From assembly GCA_034669925.1 (NCBI GenBank), contig JAXMOM010000005.1, positions 45,345 through 109,344 of the forward strand: DNA of 64,000 bases. The letters run 5' to 3'. Below, piece by piece: positions 57,907 through 64,000 of the stretch; position 1 is the stretch's first letter; the number at the start of each line of letters is the position of its first letter. A program made the position numbers and the translations under genes. This stretch comes from Sulfitobacter sp. (GTDB taxonomy: Bacteria; Pseudomonadota; Alphaproteobacteria; Rhodobacterales; Rhodobacteraceae). The notes beneath the pieces are model-generated. The model saw nothing but the letters and a program-made list of their open reading frames with translations. It did no database searches and was not told where the DNA came from.

Positions 57907-59157
57907 ATGGCAGCACCTGGGGAAAATCTGCGGATTGACGGACAACGGCTGTGGGACAGCCTGATGGACATGGCCAAGATCGGCCCCGGCGTGGCGGGTG
58001 GCAACAACCGCCAGACGCTGACCGATGCGGACGCCGAAGGGCGCGCGCTGTTCCAGTCATGGTGCGAGGCCGCGGGCTGCACCATGGGGCTGGACCAGAT
58101 GGGCAACATGTTCGCGCAGCGCGCGGGCACGGACCCTGATGCGCTGCCGGTCTATGTCGGCTCGCATCTGGACACGCAGCCCACGGGCGGCAAATACGAC
58201 GGTGTTCTGGGCGTGCTGGGGGGCTTGGAAATTCTGCGCACGCTGAACGATCTGGATGTGAAAACCAAGCACCCTATCGTGGTCACCAATTTCACCAACG
58301 AAGAGGGTACACGGTTTGCCCCCGCGATGCTGTCGTCGGGTGTCTTTGCGGGCATTCACACGCAGGACTGGGCCTATGCCAAGACCGACGCCGAGGGCAA
58401 AACCTTTGGCGACGAGCTGGCGCGGATCGGTTGGCGGGGCGACGAAGAGGTGGGCGCGCGCAAGATGCACGCGTTTTTCGAGCTGCACATCGAACAGGGC
58501 CCGATCCTGGAAGCCGAGGGCAAGGACATCGGCGTGGTCACGCATGGTCAGGGGCTGTCGTGGACGCAAATCACGGTGACGGGCAAGGATGCGCACACTG
58601 GATCGACGCCGATGCCGATGCGCAAGAATGCGGGTCTGGGCATGGCGCGGATTTTGGAAAAGGTCGACGAGATTGCATGGAGCCACGCGCCGCATGCGGT
58701 CGGTGCTGCGGGGCATATCGATGTCTATCCGAACTCGCGCAACGTGATCCCCGGTCAGGTGGTGTTCACGGTTGATTTCCGCTCACCCGATCTGTCGGTG
58801 ATCGAGGACATGGAGGCGCGTCTGCGCGTCGAAGCGCAGAAGATTTGCGACGACATGGGGCTGGAGGTCGCGTTCGAGAAGGTGGGCGGGTTTGATCCCG
58901 TGGCCTTTGACGAGGGCTGTGTGACGGCGGTCCGCAATGCGGCCGAGCGGCTGGGCTATTCGCATATGGATCTGATTTCCGGTGCGGGGCACGATGCCTG
59001 CTGGGTCAACCGTGTGGCGCCCACGGCGATGGTGATGTGTCCTTGCGTCGACGGGCTGAGCCACAACGAGGCCGAGGAAATCACCAAGGACTGGGCCGCC
59101 GCGGGTGCGGACGTGCTGTTGCACGCGGTGGTCGAGACGGCTGAGATTGTCGGGTGA
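57907..59157 (+). CDS. M20 Zn-dependent N-carbamoyl-amino acid amidohydrolase (beta-ureidopropionase/HyuC-AmaB type)
   Basis: 416 aa: GSHLDTQP.GG.YDG..GV, and EEG.RF. Sits between rutR and dihydropyrimidinase. Start at ATG 57907 after GGGGAGAG. Confidence 0.85.
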   Translation: MAAPGENLRIDGQRLWDSLMDMAKIGPGVAGGNNRQTLTDADAEGRALFQSWCEAAGCTMGLDQMGNMFAQRAGTDPDALPVYVGSHLDTQPTGGKYDGVLGVLGGLEILRTLNDLDVKTKHPIVVTNFTNEEGTRFAPAMLSSGVFAGIHTQDWAYAKTDAEGKTFGDELARIGWRGDEEVGARKMHAFFELHIEQGPILEAEGKDIGVVTHGQGLSWTQITVTGKDAHTGSTPMPMRKNAGLGMARILEKVDEIAWSHAPHAVGAAGHIDVYPNSRNVIPGQVVFTVDFRSPDLSVIEDMEARLRVEAQKICDDMGLEVAFEKVGGFDPVAFDEGCVTAVRNAAERLGYSHMDLISGAGHDACWVNRVAPTAMVMCPCVDGLSHNEAEEITKDWAAAGADVLLHAVVETAEIVG

Positions 59158-59170
59158 GGAAGGCTTTGCC

Positions 59171-59491
59171 ATGATCAACCCTGACCTGAGCATTGCGGAC
59201 CGGATCGGCCTGCTGGTTCAGGCCGAGGTGGAGGACGCGCCGGTGCAGACGGCCAAGGACCGCGCCTATCTGGCGGCCTTTCGCGCGGCACTGGTCCGGC
59301 CCTTTGCGACCACGGTGAACTTTTCCGGCGGGCTGACGCAAACCTGCTGGACCGTGACTCGCACCGATGGCGACTACCGCGTGATCTACATGCCGCGTGC
59401 AGGGTATTTCGCGCTGTGTGTGGAAAGCGATTTCGGGCCGCTGGACATTGGTGTGCATGGGCCGGCGATGGGGTGCTTTGCCAGCGTGTGA
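59171..59491 (+). CDS. Hypothetical protein (106 aa) inside the pyrimidine catabolism operon
   Basis: ATG 59171 lies 13 nt after the amidohydrolase stop and is preceded by GAGGAAGG. I recognise no family. Codon usage looks native. Confidence 0.55.
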   Translation: MINPDLSIADRIGLLVQAEVEDAPVQTAKDRAYLAAFRAALVRPFATTVNFSGGLTQTCWTVTRTDGDYRVIYMPRAGYFALCVESDFGPLDIGVHGPAMGCFASV

Positions 59492-59492
59492 C

Positions 59493-59538
59493 GCGGGGCG
59501 CTGCCCCGGACCCCGGGATATTTAGGGCCAAAAGAAAC
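59493..59538 (+). repeat. REP-like repeat, copy g
   Basis: GCGGGGCGCTGCCCCGGACCCCGGGATATTTAGGGCCAAAAGAAAC. Its tail is identical to copies b and e. Confidence 0.65.
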
Positions 59539-59571
59539 AGGCCGTACAAACGAGACGACAGGAGAGACGAG

Positions 59572-61032
59572 ATGAGCAAGGTGATCAAGGGCGGCATGGT
59601 CTGCACGGCGGACCGGACGTGGAAAGCGGATGTGCTGATCGAGGGCGAAAAGATCGTGCGCATTGGCGAGGATCTGGTCGGGGACGAATACATTGATGCG
59701 GAAGGGGCCTATGTGATCCCCGGCGGGATCGACCCGCACACGCATCTGGAAATGCCGTTCATGGGCACCACCGCCGCCGAGACATTCGAGACCGGCACAT
59801 GGGCCGCCGCCGTGGGCGGGACCACGATGATCGTGGATTTCTGCCTGCCGGGTGAGGATGGCAGCATCAAGAACGCGATCAATGAATGGCACCGCAAAAG
59901 CGCGCCGCAAATCTGTTCGGATATCGGCTATCACATGGCGATCACCGGCTGGAACGAAAACGTATTCAACGAGATGAAAGATGCCGTGGATATGGGCGTG
60001 AACTCGTTCAAGCATTTCATGGCCTACAAGGGCGCGCTGATGATCGAGGACGATGAGATGTTCGCGTCGTTCAAACGCTGTGCCGAGCTGGGTGCGCTGC
60101 CGATGGTGCATGCCGAGAACGGCGATCTGGTGGCGGAGTTGCAGCAGAAGTATTTCGATCAGGGGATTACGGGACCCGAGGGGCATGCCTATTCCCGCCC
60201 GCCCGAGCTGGAAGGGGAGGCCGCGAACCGTGCGATAACCATTGCCGACACGGCAGGTGTGCCACTGTACATCGTGCACGTGTCTTGCGAGCAGACCCAC
60301 GAGGCAATCCGGCGTGCGCGGCAAAAGGGGATGCGGGTCTATGGTGAGCCGTTGATCCAGTTCCTGACGCTGGACGAGGGCGAATATTTCAACAAGGACT
60401 GGGACCACGCCGCGCGCCGCGTGATGTCGCCGCCGTTCCGCAACAAGCAGCATCAGGACAGCCTGTGGGCCGGTTTGCAGGCCGGATCGTTGCAGGTGGT
60501 GGCCACCGACCACGCCGCATTCTCGACCGAACAGAAACGTGCGGGGCGCAATGATTTCCGCATCATCCCCAACGGCTCGAACGGGTTGGAGGAACGGCTG
60601 GCGGTGCTGTGGACCGAAGGGGTTGAAACGGGCCGTCTGACGCCGAACGAATTTGTCGCCGCGACCTCGACCAATGTGGCGAAGATCCTGAACATCTACC
60701 CGCAGAAGGGCGCGATTGTTGAGGGTGCGGATGCCGACATTGTGGTGTGGGACCCAAAGATCACCAAGACGATCAGCCCAGCCAACCACCATTCGATCCT
60801 GGACTACAACGTGTTCGAGGGCTTCGAGGTGACGGCGCAAAGCCGCTATACCCTGAGCCGGGGCGAGGTGATCTGGGCCTGGGGGCAGAACAGCCAGCCG
60901 CAGCCCGGACGGGGCAAGTTCGTGCCGCGCCCTGCCTTTGCCGCGCCCAACGTGGCGCTGTCGAAGTGGAAAGAGCTGACCAGCCCGAAGATGATCAAGC
61001 GCGATCCGATGAACATTCCGGCGGGGATCTAA
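59572..61032 (+). CDS. Dihydropyrimidinase (D-hydantoinase)
   Basis: 486 aa: GGIDPHTHLEMPF, SFKHFMAYKGALM with the carboxylated Lys, and VATDHA. Confidence 0.93.
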   Translation: MSKVIKGGMVCTADRTWKADVLIEGEKIVRIGEDLVGDEYIDAEGAYVIPGGIDPHTHLEMPFMGTTAAETFETGTWAAAVGGTTMIVDFCLPGEDGSIKNAINEWHRKSAPQICSDIGYHMAITGWNENVFNEMKDAVDMGVNSFKHFMAYKGALMIEDDEMFASFKRCAELGALPMVHAENGDLVAELQQKYFDQGITGPEGHAYSRPPELEGEAANRAITIADTAGVPLYIVHVSCEQTHEAIRRARQKGMRVYGEPLIQFLTLDEGEYFNKDWDHAARRVMSPPFRNKQHQDSLWAGLQAGSLQVVATDHAAFSTEQKRAGRNDFRIIPNGSNGLEERLAVLWTEGVETGRLTPNEFVAATSTNVAKILNIYPQKGAIVEGADADIVVWDPKITKTISPANHHSILDYNVFEGFEVTAQSRYTLSRGEVIWAWGQNSQPQPGRGKFVPRPAFAAPNVALSKWKELTSPKMIKRDPMNIPAGI

Positions 61033-61035
61033 TTT

Positions 61036-61854
61036 GTGGAAGTGAATAACCTGAAAGACGCGGGCAATCCTGCTGCAAATGGCGGGGCCGTTATCTCGGC
61101 CAAGGATCTCGACCTGACGTTTCAGACCAACGACGGCCCCGTACACGCGCTGAAAGGCGTGTCACTGGACATTGAAAAGGGCGATTTCGTCAGCTTTATC
61201 GGCCCCTCGGGCTGTGGCAAGACGACGTTCCTGCGCTGTATGGCTGACCTTGAACAGCCCACGGGCGGCAGCATCACCGTCAACGGGGTAAGTGCCGCCG
61301 AGGCGCGGGCGGCGCGGGCCTATGGCTATGTGTTTCAGGCGGCGGGGCTGTATCCGTGGCGCACCATCGGGGGCAATATCAGCCTGCCGCTGGAGATCAT
61401 GGGCTATTCCAAGGCCGACCAGCGCGACCGTGTGGCGCGGGTGCTGGAGCTGGTGGAGCTGGCGGGGTTCGAGAAGAAATTCCCATGGCAGCTGTCGGGG
61501 GGGATGCAGCAGCGGGCGTCGATTGCGCGTGCGCTGGCCTTTGACGCGGATATTCTGCTGATGGACGAACCCTTTGGCGCGCTGGACGAGATTGTGCGCG
61601 ACCACCTGAACGAGCAGTTGCTGAAGCTGTGGGCGCGGACGGAAAAGACGATTGCCTTTGTCACCCATTCGATCCCCGAGGCGGTGTATCTGAGCACAAA
61701 GATCGTGGTGATGAGCCCGCGGCCGGGGCGGATTACGGATGTGATCGACAGCCCGCTGCCCAAGGAGCGCCCGCTGGATATTCGCGAGACGCCTGAGTTT
61801 CTGGAAGTTGCGCATCGCGTGCGTGAAGGCTTGCGGGCGGGGTCCGAGGTATGA
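61036..61854 (+). CDS. ABC transporter ATP-binding protein (NitT/TauT family)
   Basis: Walker A GPSGCGKTT, signature LSGGMQQRASIARAL and Walker B ILLMDEPFGALD. GTG start. Confidence 0.9.
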   Translation: MEVNNLKDAGNPAANGGAVISAKDLDLTFQTNDGPVHALKGVSLDIEKGDFVSFIGPSGCGKTTFLRCMADLEQPTGGSITVNGVSAAEARAARAYGYVFQAAGLYPWRTIGGNISLPLEIMGYSKADQRDRVARVLELVELAGFEKKFPWQLSGGMQQRASIARALAFDADILLMDEPFGALDEIVRDHLNEQLLKLWARTEKTIAFVTHSIPEAVYLSTKIVVMSPRPGRITDVIDSPLPKERPLDIRETPEFLEVAHRVREGLRAGSEV

Positions 61855-62306
61855 CGCCGCGCCGCCCTGACCCGCAGGATGTGCCGGCCATCGCGGGGAT
61901 CATCAACGACTGGATTGATGCGACCCCGTGGATGCAACGCGATCTGCCGCCAGACGAGATCGAGGGGCTGATCGCCAAGGGGCTGCCGCAACGCGAGATG
62001 TGGGTGATCGGTGATCCGGTGCAGGCCTATATCTCGATCGAGGCCGAGATTGCGCATATCTGGGGTTTCTATTGCGCTCAGCCGGGGCAGGGCACGGGCA
62101 AGCGGTTGCTGGACCGTGCCAAGCAGGGGCGCGATTTTCTGTCGTTGAACACGCATGTGCCCAATGTGGCCGCGCAACGGTTCTATGCCCGCGAAGGGTT
62201 TGTGCCCGTGGGTGAGGTCCCGCAAGGGGCGGCGTCGACCGTTGCGGAAGCCCCCGAGCGGGAAGCGACCGGTATTCGTGAATTGCGGATGGAGTGGCGG
62301 CCATGA
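61851..62306 (+). CDS. GNAT family N-acetyltransferase
   Basis: Q/RxxGxG/A-type motif (QPGQGTGKRLL) and C-terminal AQRFYAREGF. Overlaps both flanking ABC genes. Confidence 0.7.
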   Translation: MTPRRPDPQDVPAIAGIINDWIDATPWMQRDLPPDEIEGLIAKGLPQREMWVIGDPVQAYISIEAEIAHIWGFYCAQPGQGTGKRLLDRAKQGRDFLSLNTHVPNVAAQRFYAREGFVPVGEVPQGAASTVAEAPEREATGIRELRMEWRP

Positions 62307-63166
62307 GGTCTGTGTTTCCCGTGCTGACCGTGGTCGCCGCCATTCTGGCGCTGTGGTATGTGGCCGCTGTGCCGATGAACGCGCAATGGGCCTATGACAG
62401 GGCCGCGCGGGCGGACGTGGAGTTGTCGTTCAGCGATCTGGTGGCCGACACCTGGAGCCAGGACAAGCCCAAGCTGCCCGCGCCGCATCAGGTGGCGGTC
62501 GAGATCTGGGAAACGACGGTTCAAAAGAACATCACCTCGAAACGGTCGCTGGTCTATCATGCGTGGATCACGCTGAGCGCGACCCTGTTGGGCTTTGCGC
62601 TGGGCACGACGCTGGGCATTCTGCTGGCGGTGGGGATTGTCTATAACCGTGTGATGGACATGAGCGTGATGCCCTGGGTCATCGCGTCACAGACCATTCC
62701 AATTCTGGCGCTGGCGCCGATGATCATCGTGGTGCTGAACGCGGTGGGGGTGTCTGGCCTGCTGCCCAAGGCGGTGATCAGCATGTACCTGTCGTTTTTC
62801 CCCGTCGCCGTGGGCATGGTCAAAGGGCTGCGCAGCCCCGAGGTGATGCAACTGGACCAGATGCACACATGGCACGCCAGCGCGTCCCAGACGTTCTGGA
62901 AGCTGCGACTGCCTGCGTCGATGCCCTATCTGTTCACCTCGCTTAAGGTGGCGATGGCGGCATCGCTGGTGGGGGCCATCGTGGGTGAGCTGCCGACAGG
63001 GGCGATTGCCGGGCTGGGCGCGCGTCTGCTGGCGGGCAGCTATTACGGCCAGACCATCCAGATCTGGAGCGCGCTGATCATGGCGGCGGCACTGGCGGCA
63101 ATCATGGTGTCGCTGATCGGGCTGATACAGCGGATCGTGCTGAAACGGATGGGGATGGCGACATGA
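62294..63166 (+). CDS. ABC transporter permease (NitT/TauT-type)
   Basis: 6-TM BPD-transport inner-membrane component with an EAA-like loop (...MHTWHASASQTFWKLRLPASMPY). Confidence 0.88.
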   Translation: MAAMRSVFPVLTVVAAILALWYVAAVPMNAQWAYDRAARADVELSFSDLVADTWSQDKPKLPAPHQVAVEIWETTVQKNITSKRSLVYHAWITLSATLLGFALGTTLGILLAVGIVYNRVMDMSVMPWVIASQTIPILALAPMIIVVLNAVGVSGLLPKAVISMYLSFFPVAVGMVKGLRSPEVMQLDQMHTWHASASQTFWKLRLPASMPYLFTSLKVAMAASLVGAIVGELPTGAIAGLGARLLAGSYYGQTIQIWSALIMAAALAAIMVSLIGLIQRIVLKRMGMAT

Positions 63167-64000
63167 GCGCGGTTGTGCAAACCAAGCGGCCCGCGTGGCT
63201 GGGCTGGGCGCTGCTGGCGCTGGTCTTTGTGCTGGCGGCGGCGGTGGACTGGCGGCTGGTGCCGGTGTTGGCGATCTGGGTGGCGGGCTGGATGCTGAAC
63301 GCGCTGATCGCACGGCACGGCACATGGCGCTGGGGCGGCTATGTCATCCCGATCCTCTTTGGCGTCACGCTGCTGGCGATGTGGGAAACCGGCGAGCGGT
63401 TGTTCGAGATTTCGGACGTGCTGTTGCCGGCGCCATCCGAGATTGCCGCGCGTTTCTGGCTGTCGCGGGACATCCTGTGGGTGGATTTTGTGCAGACCGT
63501 GATCAAGGGCGCGCTGTCGGGCTTTTTGATGGGCTGCGGGGCGGCGTTCGTGCTGGCTGTGGTCATCGACCGCTTTCCGTTCCTGCAAAAGGGGCTGCTG
63601 CCGGTGGGCAACTTTGTCGCCGCGCTGCCGATTGTGGGGATGGCGCCGATTCTGGTGATGTGGTTCGGGTTCGACTGGCAGTCCAAGGCCGCCGTGGTCG
63701 TGGTCATGGTGTTCTTTCCGATGCTGGTGAACACCGTGCAGGGGCTGCAATCGACTGACAATATGCAACGCGACCTGATGCGCACCTATGCGTCGTCCTA
63801 TTGGCAGACCTTGCTGAAACTGCGCCTGCCTGCGGCGATGCCGTTCATTTTCAACGGGCTCAAGATTTCCTCGACGCTGGCGCTGATCGGCGCGATTGTG
63901 GCGGAGTTCTTTGGCTCGCCCATTCACGGCATGGGGTTTCGTATTTCGACCTCGGTGGGTCAGCTGGCGCTGGATCTGGTCTGGGCCGAGATTGTCGTCG
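63163..64000 (+). CDS. Second ABC transporter permease, 3' end cut by the window edge
   Basis: Not in the ORF track because no stop lies in the window. My translation reads MSAVVQTKRPAWLGWALLALVFVL...DLMRTYASSYWQTLLKLRLPAAMPFIFNGLK... ATG 63163 overlaps the preceding stop (ATGA). Confidence 0.85.
   Translation, partial: MSAVVQTKRPAWLGWALLALVFVLAAAVDWRLVPVLAIWVAGWMLNALIARHGTWRWGGYVIPILFGVTLLAMWETGERLFEISDVLLPAPSEIAARFWLSRDILWVDFVQTVIKGALSGFLMGCGAAFVLAVVIDRFPFLQKGLLPVGNFVAALPIVGMAPILVMWFGFDWQSKAAVVVVMVFFPMLVNTVQGLQSTDNMQRDLMRTYASSYWQTLLKLRLPAAMPFIFNGLKISSTLALIGAIVAEFFGSPIHGMGFRISTSVGQLALDLVWAEIVV

Overview
High-GC (about 60-65% by eye) alphaproteobacterial chromosome segment. Gene order and the intergenic repeat type look like Rhodobacterales (Roseobacter group). 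About 55 tightly packed protein genes, nearly all core housekeeping: trpS, murJ, glnD, the lpoA-like/rsmI/yraN block, gshB, comM, cobU plus a cobC-like phosphatase, rpoH, coaBC, dut, a moeB/thiF-like E1, dcp, cbpA-cbpM, mreBCD-mrdA-rodA, leuA, an FeS-BCP (CryB/PhrB-type) photolyase, a MORN-repeat protein, nadE, gltX, a tandem glycine riboswitch with gcvTHP, ybbA/ybbP/tesA-like genes and cspA. The right end holds a RutR-type reductive pyrimidine catabolism cluster: preT-preA, rutR, a beta-ureidopropionase-type amidohydrolase, dihydropyrimidinase and an ABC transporter. I found no rRNA, tRNA, CRISPR, transposase, integrase, prophage or recognisable defence or toxin-antitoxin genes, and no convincing novel multi-gene protein system. 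The unexplained signals are mostly non-coding: (1) two diverged direct copies of a ~215-nt element with a conserved long-range helix; (2) a Leu/Ile-rich leader ORF with rare CTA codons upstream of leuA; (3) CtrA-type motifs upstream of comM and inside the 5' end of cobU, upstream of rpoH; (4) RutR-box-like palindromes in front of the pyrimidine operons; (5) a 7-copy REP-like repeat family at gene 3' ends. All calls come from reading the sequence and ORF translations. No database search was run.
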